In this document: positions 26,377-37,300 of the stretch, in pieces
Numbering within the stretch: the first letter of the stretch is position 1
Layout: every line of letters starts with the position of its first letter
DNA from: Felis catus
Lineage: Eukaryota
Length of the DNA: 64,000 bases
Direction of reading: 5' to 3'
NCBI RefSeq assembly: GCF_018350175.1
Contig: NC_058368.1
Location: 221,776,001-221,840,000, forward strand
Made by a program: the position numbers and the translations under genes
The notes under the pieces: generated by a model
The model's database searches: none
Seen by the model: only the letters and a program-made list of their open reading frames with translations
What the model was told of the DNA's origin: nothing

Positions 26377-26609
26377 AAATTTTTTTAACGTTTTTGTTTA
26401 TTTTTGAAGGAGAAAGAGAGAGAGAAAGAGAGAGAGAGTGAGCATGAATGGGGGAGGAGCAGAGAGAGAGGGAGAAACAGAATCCGAAGCAGGCTCCAGG
26501 CTCCGAGCTGTCAGCACAGAGCCCGATGCGGGGATCGAACCCACAAAATGTGAGATCATGACCTGAGCCGACGTCTGACACCTAGCTGGCTGAGCCACCC
26601 AGGCGCCCC
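26377..26609 (-). mobile_element. Felid Can-SINE with perfect 15-bp TSD
   Basis: TSD aaagcagatgtcatt at 26362-26376 and 26610-26624. Confidence 0.95.
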
Positions 26610-27281
26610 AAAGCAGATGTCATTTTTAAATGAGGAAGCCTAATAGTTCCAGTGTATTTTAACATACTAGGAAACTTGTGTTTGTTAGTCCTTTACAGTT
26701 TTCCAAATATTTTCAATTACATTTCTCACTGGTTCCTGCAAATATTCTATTATTTGGCCAGTATTTATTGAATATTTAGTACAAAAAATTATAACTGTGA
26801 TTTGTTCCTCGAACGTGAACTGGGCTTTCTCCCAGCATGGTGGCTAGATAGCAACCCAAGTGTTACTCTTCGAAAAGTAAGTGATTGTCACACACCTGGG
26901 CGGATCTCAGGCAGTGTCTTCTTATTCTTTGAGTTCACTGACCTGTATCATAGAACAGTGCAAAGCATAGTGAGAGGACTTGGATTCCAGTCTTGACTCT
27001 GACAAGAAAATGTAGGGCAAGATCACACCAAAGTTTCCTCACCTGTAACTGGGGATTGATAGATCTGTAATTTTCAAACTTGTAAATAGATTATCAGGAT
27101 ACTTCATCAGATGAAATCTTATGTGGAATCCTGATATTCTACATTGAAGAGAGCTGTGGATAAAGCCAGGGTCTTCTCTTTGCCCCGTTATGCAAAACCC
27201 CCCACACCAAGGAGGATGGCACCAGGGACCTACGTTCCTATCAGTTCTGATTTCCCTGTTAAATTTAAAATATATTTTTCC

Positions 27282-27448
27282 CATCCATGAGCATGAATGT
27301 TTTTCCATTTCTTTGTGTCCTTTGCAATTTGTTTCATCAGTGTTTTACAGTTTTCAGAGTACAGATCTTTCACCTCTTTGGTTAGGTTTAGTATTACACT
27401 ATATGTTAACTAACTGGAATTTAAATAAAAAAACTTCTAAAAATTAAT
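27282..27448 (+). mobile_element. Micro L1 insertion with 5' inversion
   Basis: Antisense ORF2 piece (27282-27390) fused to sense L1 3' terminus and A-rich tail (27391-27448); 13/15 TSD at 27267-27281 and 27449-27463. Confidence 0.75.
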
Positions 27449-27584
27449 AAAATTTAGTTTTCCTAGGACTTATTAAAAGTTACAATGCTAGTTACTAGTG
27501 AACCATTTCTGAAAGAGATTTCTGATTATAAGTTCCAAAAATGGGCATACTGTGTCCTTCTCTTCTCATATGTTCTTCTGACAG

Positions 27585-28135
27585 TGAGGCTGACATTCCT
27601 TCCATAAAGAATTGGGTTCTGTCAGAACACCTGGGTAGCGCAGTCGGTTGGGTGTCCAACTTTTGATTTCCACACAGGTCATGATCTCGTGGTTCGTGGG
27701 TTCAAGCTCTGCTTCAGGCTCTGTGCTGGCGGTGTGGAGCCTGCTCTCTCCCCCTCTCTTTCTCTCCCCCTCCCCTGCTCTCTCTCTCAAAAATTAATAA
27801 AGTAAACATTAAAGAAATTTAAAAAAGAAAAAGAATTGTGTTCTAGCTTCCTTTCCCTTGAATTTTGAAGTGGATTAGTGACAGCCTTGACTAACATAGA
27901 GGAGGTGTATTTCTATGTGACCATCTTAGGTCATAAAAGCAAGAGTTTCTGCCTGATTTCTTTTGTTTTTAAGATACTTGCCCTTGAACTTTAGCCACTA
28001 TGTGCATTGCAATGAAGCCCAGTCTACATAAAGAGACCATGAATGAATATTCTTGTCTATCCTTCCACCCAGACCTCTAGCAAACCACCAGCATCAAGTA
28101 ACAGACATGGGAATAAATGGAACTTTAGATGGGAA
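27585..28135 (+). mobile_element. MLT1-type MaLR LTR fragment interrupted by a SINE
   Basis: ttcccttgaattttgaagtggattagtgacagccttgactaa...aggtcataaaag...gccactatgtg...gaagcccag motifs. Confidence 0.55.
27621..27829 (+). mobile_element. Older Can-SINE
   Basis: cacctgggtagcgcagtcggttgggtgtccaac head; TSD aaagaattg(g/t)gttct at 27606-27620 and 27830-27844. Confidence 0.92.
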
Positions 28136-28166
28136 AAACACCAATTCAGGAAGAAATACAAGTCAT

Positions 28167-28345
28167 CTTTCCTTTCCTTTCCTTTCCTTTCCTTTCCTTT
28201 CCTTTCCTTTCCTTTCCTTCCCTGCCCTTCCCCTCCCTTCCCTTCCTTCTCTTTCCTCCTTCTCTCTCCTCTTCTCTTCTCCCTTCCTTCTGCTTTCCTC
28301 CTCTCCTCTCCTCTCCTCTCCTCTCCTCTCCTCTCCTCTCCTCTC
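28167..28345. repeat. (CCTTT)n/(CTCCT)n polypyrimidine microsatellite
   Basis: Read directly from sequence; abuts the poly(A) end of the makorin retrocopy. Confidence 0.95.
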
Positions 28346-29885
28346 GTCTTTTTCTTCTTTTCTCTATGGCTTAGGTGCATTTTATTTGTTTTCTTTCAGA
28401 ATTATTCTACAAAAGAACTAAGTTAAAACTCAAGCCTTTGTCAAGAGGGTAAGAACAACTTTCTCTTTCCCAGTGCCCACCACTTGTCCCCATGTTCCTC
28501 AGTTGTGTCACTGCTGCAGTGCATGTGGGTAGAGCGCTTACTACTTTCATCTCACACCTAGCCCCAAAACGGAAGAGACCTATCACCTAGTGCCCCCTGC
28601 CCTTAGCCCCCTCCCTCACAGATTGGTCTGGGTTACAGGAGTCCATGGTAAGAACTGTTGGGATCCAGTAGGAGTTCTGAATCCCAGAAGGCCATGGTGA
28701 GCGTACAGCCCGCGGAGAATACTTACTCATCTAATTTGTTGCCCCTGTGAATGCTGTTGGGCCCAGCACAACAGTCACAGAAGCAAGCTGCACATTCTCT
28801 GTCCAGATAGAACCAGGACTTGCGGCCTTAGCCAGAAGCTGAGTAATATAGTGCAGGTAGATACAGTCATACTTGAAGGGGCAATGACCATCCTACCATA
28901 TGAAGAACCAGCATTGGATTTGGATGGTCCAAACCTTGAAGCTCCTGATGAGTTGCTTCTTCTCAGCCTTCTTGCTCGCCCAGAATTTGTTGGGGCTGAT
29001 GTAGCTAGAATGGACATGATACAGGGGACAGGCCCTGATGATGTCTTGTGGGAAGTCCTGTCACCTCTTTTGCCAGGTGCATAGGCAGCTAGGCAGTGGG
29101 CATGGGTACAGCCTGGCAAGATACCTCTGACTTGTTCCACACCCTGTCCATGCAGATGCCACATGTGACGCCCTGACTGTCCTGCTCCCTCTCAAGGTCA
29201 GGACTGAAATGGGGTCATGAGCTCCCAGGCAGGGTCTGCCTTGGGCTGAGACTCCTGAGAGTAGTTATGATCCCTGTCATCAGATGATGGAGTCAGGGAC
29301 TTCCAGAAACAGCCACCAACCTCCCTGCCTTGCTGTCCAATCCCTCCATGTCAGGCTCTGTGCCCCAGCAGCCCCTGCTCAGCCCTCGTCCAAAAGCACA
29401 GAAGTCAGGTAAATGGACCCCGACTCCCACTCCAGGCCACCAAGGGCTATGAGTGTTTACGGCTCTATCTCCATAGAAACAAGCTTCTCAAGGTGTCTGG
29501 GTGGCTCAGTCGGTTGAGTGTCCAACTTTGGTTCAGGTCATGATCTCATGGTTTGTGGGGTCAAACCCCTCTTCGGGCTCTGTGCTGACAGTCAGAGCCT
29601 GGAGCCTGCTTAGGATTCTGTGTCTCCCTCTCTCTCTGCCCCTCCCCCACTTGCACTCTCTCTGTCTCAAAAATAAATAAACATTAAAAAAAAAAGAAAA
29701 AGGAAAGAAACAGAAGCTTCTCTGGAAATAGGGACACTTTCCTGTAGTGAGTAAACATCACCTGGATCACTAGTGACAAGCCCCTTGGACAAAGTTTCTG
29801 CATGGTGGTTAGGAGCAGGGACTGCTCTCCCCACCATGGATGCTGCCTTAGGGCCCTGCAGGGTCCATTCCAACTCAAGCCCTAG
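28346..29885 (-). pseudogene. Processed pseudogene of a makorin-family RING/C3H zinc-finger E3 ligase (divergent from MKRN1)
   Basis: Manual minus-strand translation: ATG at 29868 MDPAGP*GSIHGGESSPCS*PPCRNFVQGACH (C3H finger); from 29163 CGICMDRVWNKSE/GILPGCTHAHCL/CLCTWQKR*QDFPQDIIRACPLYHVHSSYISPNKFWASKKAEKKQLIRSFK...CWFFIW*DGHCPFKYDCIYLH to 28851 (RING plus C3H). No introns evident; AATAAA at 28386-28381 followed by an A-rich tail; multiple stops and frameshifts. Confidence 0.88.
29490..29713 (+). mobile_element. Felid Can-SINE inserted inside the makorin retrocopy
   Basis: Full body; TSD aagcttctc at 29481-29489 and 29714-29722. Confidence 0.93.
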
Positions 29886-29934
29886 AAAAAATCCTTCTTT
29901 CTTTTTAGTATATATTTTAGTATTTCTTATCTCC

Positions 29935-30095
29935 TGGATTAGTGATCTATTGCTGCATGATAAATTATCATACAGTTTCTTTGGGGCAGACATTCTAAAA
30001 GGGTTCATCTAAAAGGAATGGCTTAATATCTACTCCAGGAAATCTGGAAGACTTGACAGGGGAGCTGGAATCTTCTGAAGGCTCTTGTACTTCAG
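29935..30095 (-). mobile_element. MLT1-like LTR fragment
   Basis: ttagtgatctattgctgcatgataaattatc...gctggaatcttctgaaggct resembles reverse MLT1 terminus. Confidence 0.45.
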
Positions 30096-30184
30096 AAACC
30101 CAAAGTCACTGAAACCTTTCACTTTCTGCAACTAACTAAGTTCCAAGGAGCTATGTCAGTCTTATTATCAAAGAAGACAGCATA

Positions 30185-31750
30185 TTTCAGATTCATTCAA
30201 ATGTTGTATCAGTGTTTTGTTCCTTTTTTTGTTGGAGTATTCTTTATTGTACGGATATGCCACATAATGTTTATCCATTCACCAAATATATACATTTGAC
30301 CTGTTTTCAGTTTTGAAGTATATACCTAATACTTTTATGGCTATGTGCATACAGGATTTTGTGTGGACATTTATTTCATTCTCTTGGGTGTAGAGTGGAG
30401 TTGCTACCTTATAATTTCATATTCAATGTTTATAAAAAGTTCCAATCTTTTCCAAGGTGATTATGCAATTTTATATTTCCACCAGCTGTCCTTTCTATCA
30501 GCAATCCATTTGATTTCTCTGAGCAATGATTTGTGAATTTCAGTTTATAAGTCCTGCATTTATTTTGTTAAATGTATTCCTAAATATTTTATTATCTTTG
30601 ATTTTAATGTGAATTTAATTTTTTCTCAATTTCAATTCTAGTTTTTCATTTGCTGCTATTAAGTATGTAATTGCCTTTTTTAATACTACCCTCTTATCTC
30701 ATGGCCTTGATACACTCCCTTATTATATCCATTAGTTTCTTTGGGGATTCTTTAGGATTTCCTACCTATAGGTCATGCCATTTTTTAAACAAAAGTAGTT
30801 TTATTTCTTTCTTTCTGATCTGGATACTTTAATCTTTTTTTAAAATTTATTTTCACTTAATTGCATTATATAAACCCTCTAGTACAATGGTGAATATAAG
30901 TGGTAAGACCAGTCAATTTTGCACTGTACCCAGTGTTAGAGAGAAAGCATTGACTTTTTCACTGTCGAGTATGATGTTAGCTATGGGCTTCATGAAGAGA
31001 GACTACATCACGTTGAAGAGCTTGCCTCCGTTTCATTACATTTGTAGAGGATTTAAAAAAAATTATGAATGGCTGTGTGATTTTGTCAAATGCTAAAATT
31101 GTGAATCTTTTTGAGATGGCCGTGTGTTTTTTTGTTTGTTTGTTTTCTTCTATTAATATGTGTTGTCAATTGATTATTCTTGGACATTAAGTGAATCCTG
31201 TATCTTTAGGATAAATGCTATTTGGTCATTATGTAGTAATTTTATATGACCTGGAAGTGATTTGTTAACTTTTTATTAAGAAATTTTTGTACTTATGTTT
31301 TTGAGTGAAAATAGGTTATACCTTTGTTTTCTTGTGATGTTTTGGATTGGCTTTGGTATCAGGATACATACAATGAATTGGTATTTACTTCTCTATATTC
31401 TGAAAGTTTGTGAAGAATTGGTATTGTGTGATCTTTAAAAAGTTATTGAATCCCCCCAGTAAAGGCATGTTTGCATGAGTTTTTTTCTTGGTTTCAGATA
31501 TTTCTAATTACAACTTGATTTTTATTCATTTGTTTAATGTATATTAAGATTTTGTATTTCTTTTCAAGGTCAATGTTGGTAATTTGTGTCTTTCTAGGAA
31601 TTTGTTCTGTTCATTTATGTTGACTAGATTTTTTGGCATAAATTCATAATATTCTTTTATAGAAATTTAAGTCATTTATGATAAACAGTGATTTTTTTCC
31701 TTCATTCTTTGTTTTTGTAATTTGAGCTTTAGCTTTTTTTTTCTTAGTTG
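30185..31750 (-). mobile_element. Old degenerate L1 (ORF2/3' region)
   Basis: T-rich antisense L1 motifs such as ctctagtacaatggtgaatataagtggtaagac, gtatgatgttagctatggg, ttggctttggtatcagg. Confidence 0.75.
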
Positions 31751-32041
31751 AAGCTGCACTTGAAAATACTACTAATAAACAATTCTAACTGAGACCGACT
31801 CAGAAAGCTAGGGGAGCTGACTGAGATATTTTCAAAGGGTGGGAAAGAATATTTAACAAATATCTTTGAAGGGATTAAGGATAAAAATAATTTCCTGATT
31901 TTATTGTGTGAACTAAAAACTATTAATAAGTTAGTTATTAACTATAAAGCAACATGGATCAATAATAATTGGATTTAAGCGATTTGACTAACAGCACAGT
32001 AACTAATCATGTAGGATTTTGGTTATTTCAAATTTACTAAA

Positions 32042-34023
32042 CTTGTTTTTTATTTCATTTTTTTAAATTTACATCCAAATTAGTTAGCATACAGTGCAAC
32101 AATGATTTCAGGAGTAGATTCCTTAATGCCCCTTACCCATTTAGCCCATCCCCCCTCCACAACCTCCAGTAACGCTCTGTTTGTGCTCTGTATGTAAGAG
32201 TCTCTTCTGTTTTTGTCCCCCTCCCTGTTTTTATATTATTTTTGTTTCCCTTCCCTTATGTTCATCTGTTTTGTATCTTAAAGTCCTCATATGAGTGAAG
32301 TCATATAATATTTGTCTTTCTCTGACTAATTTCACTTAGCATAATACCCTCTAGTTTCATCCACATAGTTGCAAATGGCAAGATTTCATTCATTTTTACT
32401 GCTGAGTAATACTCCATTGTATATACCACATCTTCTTTATCCATTCATTGATAAATGGACATTTGAGCTCTTTCCATACTTTGGCTATTGTCGATAGTGC
32501 ATGTGCCCCTTTGAATCAACACAACTGTATCCCATGGATAAATACCTACTAGTGCAATTGCTGGTTCGTAGGGTAGTTCTATTTTTAATTTTTTGAGGAA
32601 CCTCCATACTGTTTTCCAGAGTGGCTTTACCAGCTTGCATTACCACCAACAATGTAAAAGAAATCCTCTTTCTCCACATCCTCACCAACATCTGTTGTTG
32701 TCTGAGTTGTTAACGTTAGCCATTCTGACAGGTGTAAGGTGGTATCTCATTGTGGTTTTGATTTGTATTTCCCTGTTGATGAGTGTTGTTGAGCATTTTT
32801 TCATGTGTCTGTTGGCCATCTGGATGTCTTCTTTGGAGAAGTGTCTATTCATGTCTTTTGCCCATTTATTCACTGGATTATTTGTTTTTTGGCTGTTGAA
32901 TTTAATAAGGACTTTATAGATTTTGGATACTAACCCTTTATCTGATATGTCGTTTGCAAATATCTTCTCCCATTCTGTCGGTTGCTTCTTAGTTTTGCTG
33001 ATTGTTTCCTTCACAGTGCAGACACTTTTTATTTTGATGAGGTCCCAGTAGTTCATTTTTGCTCTTGTTTCCCTTGCCTCTGGAGATGTTTTGAGTAAGA
33101 AGTTGCTGCGGGCAAGATCAAAGAAGTTTTTGCCTACTTTCTCCTCGAGGATTTTGATGGCTTCCTGTCTTACATTGAGGTCTTTCATCCATTTTGAGTT
33201 TATTTTTGTATATGGTGTAAGAAAGTGGTCCAGGTTCATTCTTCTGCATGTCGCTGTCCAGTTTTCCCAGCACCACTTGCTGAAGAGACCGCCTTTATTC
33301 CATTGGATATTCTTTCCTGCTCTGTCAAAGATTATTCTTTCCTGCTCTGTACATTTGTGGGTCCATTTCTGGGTTCTCTATTCTGTTCCATTGATCTGAG
33401 TGTCTTCTTGTGCCAGTACCATACTGTCTTGATGATTACAGCTTTGTAGTATAGCTTGAAGTCCGGGATTGTGATGCCTCCTGCTTTGGTTTTCTTTTTC
33501 AAGACTGCTTTGGCTATTTGGGGTTTTTCTGGTTCCACACAAATTTTAGGATTATTTGTTCTAGCTCTGTGAAGAATGCTGGTCTTATTTTGATAGGGAT
33601 TACACTGAATGTGTAGTTTGCTTTGGGTAGTATCGACATTTTGACAATACTCTTTCTTCCTTTCCAGGAGCATGGAATCTTTCCCCAGTTTTCTTGTGTC
33701 TTCTTCAATTTCTTTCATATGCTTTCTATATTTTTCAGTGTATAGATTTTTCACCTCTTTGGTTAGATTTATCCTAGGTATTTTCTGGTTTTTGGTGCAA
33801 TTGTAAATGGGATTGCTTCCTTGATTTCTCTTTTTGTTGCTTCATTTTTCATGCGTAAATGCAACCAATTTCTGTGCATTGATTTTATATCCTGAAACTT
33901 TGCTGAATTCATGAATCAATTCTAGCAGTTATTTGGTGGAATCTTTTGGGTTTTCCATGTAGAGTATCATGTCATTTGCAAAGAGTGAATGTTTGACATC
34001 CTCCTGGACGATTTGGATTCCTT
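32042..34023 (-). mobile_element. Relatively young, 5'-truncated felid/carnivore L1 (about 2 kb)
   Basis: ORF2 peptides 33754-33332 and 33239-32682 ([22 protein letters not shown]...[11 protein letters not shown]); 3' UTR and poly-T; TSD aaatttactaaa at 32030-32041 and 34024-34035; reading frame broken. Confidence 0.95.
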
Positions 34024-35134
34024 AAATTTACTAAATTTATATTTGAATTTCCTCACTAAGTATTCAGTGATAACGAGTTTCTACATGGCAAAATGTTGAT
34101 AATCATGCTCATGCTAAATGGTGTCTAAACAAATTACATCATTGTTGTCCCAAATACAGATTAGCCGAGTCAGAAAAAATGGTCATGATTTCCTCAACAT
34201 AATTTTCTGAATTATATGCATCAATGAAAAAACTCTGTATTACTCTAATAAATTACATTCTCTTGTACAAAGTTCTGTGCTTACTTGAGTGGAGTAATTC
34301 TTGAACAGAGTTGTTACTGCTTCCCCAACTGGCCTTTAAACACATAAGGTCACATTTTGAAACCTTAATTATGAAAGAATTTACAAATATACAATAGAGG
34401 AGATAATAATATAATGAAATCCATAAACCCATCACTCATTTTTGACAATATGAAGTGTCATTTTATAGCTGTTCTATTTTTTTTCCTCAATCCTTATTGG
34501 GGCCTTTATTTTTTTAATTGCCACAATGATGACCGGTCACGTTTAATTTTAAGTAACTCCACAAATCCTCCAGGGCACAGGAAGATCTCACACGACAAAT
34601 TGTATTAGCCAAATTACCAAAAGCATCTTTTTGAGAAATACTTTTAATAATATGTTACAATAGTGATTATATTTTTGTGACCTATTTACTCATTAGGCAA
34701 ACGTTAAAATCTATATTGCAGAAAGATAAATAATTTAAAACGACCAAAAGGAAATTTCTCATGGGTACAAACTGGCTTAAATTAATTTGAATACCATGCT
34801 TACACATTATAAAGGTAAATCTGCATTAAAAACACAATTGCACCAGAAGTCTCGTCCCTTTTGGAAGACAGCCCATCCTCACCCCAGCTTCCCAAAATAA
34901 AACTCTGGCCCTGGAAAAACAAAATAAAAATAAGAGTTTCCTTTTTATATGGCCTCAGGACTTATACTTTGATACTTCACATGTAACATGGAAAGTGGAG
35001 CATGATTTTTGTGTTGTATAGAAGTTGAATAGGTGAAGTTAGTCACATGAATTTACTAAACCAATCTGTAACATTAATTTCTTGCCTGTTTTTTTTCAAT
35101 AGCTAAATACATTTCAATTTTGTCTAATACACAG

Positions 35135-35370
35135 TATGTAACAGAGTTTAAGAGCACTAATTTGGAACTAGAAAACCTGGATTCAAACCCCATCTTGTTA
35201 GTTCCAACTTGTGATTTTTGCATGAGTCACATCCCCTAACTGCTCCCCAGCATTCTGACACTATATGTATCACTATATACTGTGAACCCTAAAAGAGTTC
35301 ATCTATGTAACATGTTTTAGAATATAGGTACACTGTAAGCATTACATAGTATTAGGCATTAATTCCGTTA
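35135..35370 (+). mobile_element. MIR
   Basis: gtttaagagcactaatttggaactagaaaacctggattcaaaccc head motif. Confidence 0.6.
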
Positions 35371-36094
35371 TTTTTTATAATCTCTAGCTTTTCTTAGGCA
35401 TGTGAACCAAGTTTAACCAAATTGCTGACTTTTACCTACATACTATGCTATAGGAGTAATTAACACCAATAATAGATGTGGAACCAAATAACCTCCATGA
35501 AATTCACTTGGTAATACAAGTAATGCAATTTACCAAAGGTGATCTAACATTTCGTATAGCACCACCCCTTATTTAATACAACCTATGAAGTAGGGATTAT
35601 TAGTACCTTGTGTTTTACATGAAGAAACTGAGTTGAAGGTAGATTAGGTAACTTTTGAAAACAACCAGACATTTTCTATCAAATAAGATAATTCCCTCTG
35701 GCCAATATAAATTATTAAATCATAGGTAATTTCTGCATCCTTCACCAAGATTACCGATACACCTTCTATAAATACATCCCATATAACAAAATGCACCATT
35801 TATCCTCTCTTTGTGTTATCTGTGTCTGTACTGGTACATGATGACAGATTTCACTGTGTCACGTGTGAATATGTGAACATTTATTACGGTGCTGTTTATA
35901 GAGCCTATTATTTTCTAATAAATTTTAGTACTGCAGGATCAATTTAGACTTATCAGAATCACTTATGTATTGGGATCTTGTATGCTTCTTTAAAAAAATT
36001 CAGAAAGAGGTCTAAAAGAATACTAACATTATGAATCTTCAACAACACTGCAATGAAGGATTTAACAGTCAGTAGGGAAGTCATGGTGCCATAT

Positions 36095-36230
36095 ACATGG
36101 TACTTGGATTTCCATAGTCCTGGGTTTGAATCTTAACCTCCCATAATCCTGCATGTGTGACTCCGGGCAAGGTCCTTCAACAATTTGAGGCAGTTTATCC
36201 ATATGTGAAATTTAATAAGGTAAAACTTTA
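36095..36230 (+). mobile_element. MIR fragment
   Basis: cctgggtttgaatc...tgtgtgactccgggcaag...cagtttatccatatgtgaaat. Confidence 0.6.
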
Positions 36231-37008
36231 TAACAAATAAGGTAAAAGGTGCATTGTTAGGCCTTACTATTTTAATTTTATCTAGTCTTCTTCAATAAAT
36301 GACAGGAGGCAGATAATATATCAGGGGCTGGAGCTACAACTTGTGATTGGATTTTGGCAGAAACTTTTTCAAAACAACATTATTTTTATACTGAAGGAAG
36401 AAAATCTTGTTTATTCTTTCTTATCACCAGCAAGCAATTTTATGGTGTATACTAGCTTTCCATAATCTATGTCTTTTACTTCCTTAAAGCTGTATTTTAA
36501 TTTTTACTTTTGAAAAGCCCTCTCTCCTTCATTCTTCTTGTAATTTATCATCCTTTTCAGGAAGAATCATTTTGAGAGAACTTTTTAAACATAGATGATC
36601 CTACTCAATAAAGTTTTAATTATACGGACACAACCTAGAAAACATGTTTTATCCAGTGAAAATTATCACTACTGGTGAAGATTGGTTCTGTGAACTAACT
36701 CTTCTATGATGGCTACACGTTTGACAAAATACTAGCCAGATGGTTGACCTTATCTTTGGCGGTGAGTGAATTTCAGGGATGAACCCTGATACAGTTCACT
36801 CCTGGTGCTCTGAGAGCAGAGCACTGATACCTTACTTATCCATCCTTTTATTGTTTATATTTGGCAAAACACCTCAAATTTGCCCATAAAGGAAGGATCC
36901 CTTAGATTCTATATAATGGCTAATTAAAAAAAAAAATTAAGACCATTTACTATAAAAGCAATAACTGACCAGATTTTATAATTGTCTGTTTTTTTATGTT
37001 TTCAATAG

Positions 37009-37130
37009 GTAACCCGTTATTAAGCAGCAAAGTCAACATATTGATTAATGTCTTAGATGTCAATGAATTTCCTCCAGAAATATCTGTGCCATATGAGACA
37101 GCTGTGTGTGAAAATGCCAAACCGGGACAG
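37009..37130 (+). CDS. CDH12: Cadherin-12 coding exon (EC4/EC5 linker), 122 nt; absent from the ORF track
   Basis: Acceptor tttttatgttttcaatag|GT, donor CAG|gtaact; (S)[40 protein letters not shown] with DxNE calcium motif. Confidence 0.96.
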
Positions 37131-37210
37131 GTAACTTATTAATATTGTTAACTAATAGCATATGAAGACTATATGCATGTGTTTCAGGTTATAAGACCAC
37201 ACATGAATAG

Positions 37211-37212
37211 AC

Positions 37213-37248
<36 letters not shown>

Positions 37249-37300
37249 ACACACACAGACATATCTGTGTGTGTGTGTATGTGTGTGTGTGTGTGTGTGT
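37211..37300. repeat. (CA)n-(TG)n palindromic microsatellite
   Basis: 37-bp perfect arms 37223-37259 and 37264-37300. Confidence 0.95.

Noticed and set aside
28043..28426. Several overlapping low-complexity ORFs (FLSFP repeats, GEERR repeats)
   Set aside because: Produced by the stop-free CCTTT/CTCCT microsatellite
28775..29164. 129-aa minus-strand ORF and overlapping 77-aa plus-strand ORF as intact genes
   Set aside because: Only GILPGCTHAHCL is in the makorin frame; the rest is off-frame reading of a frameshifted pseudogene
32485..33754. L1 ORF2-like ORFs as an active retrotransposon
   Set aside because: The element is 5'-truncated (about 2 kb) and ORF2 is split by frameshifts and stops
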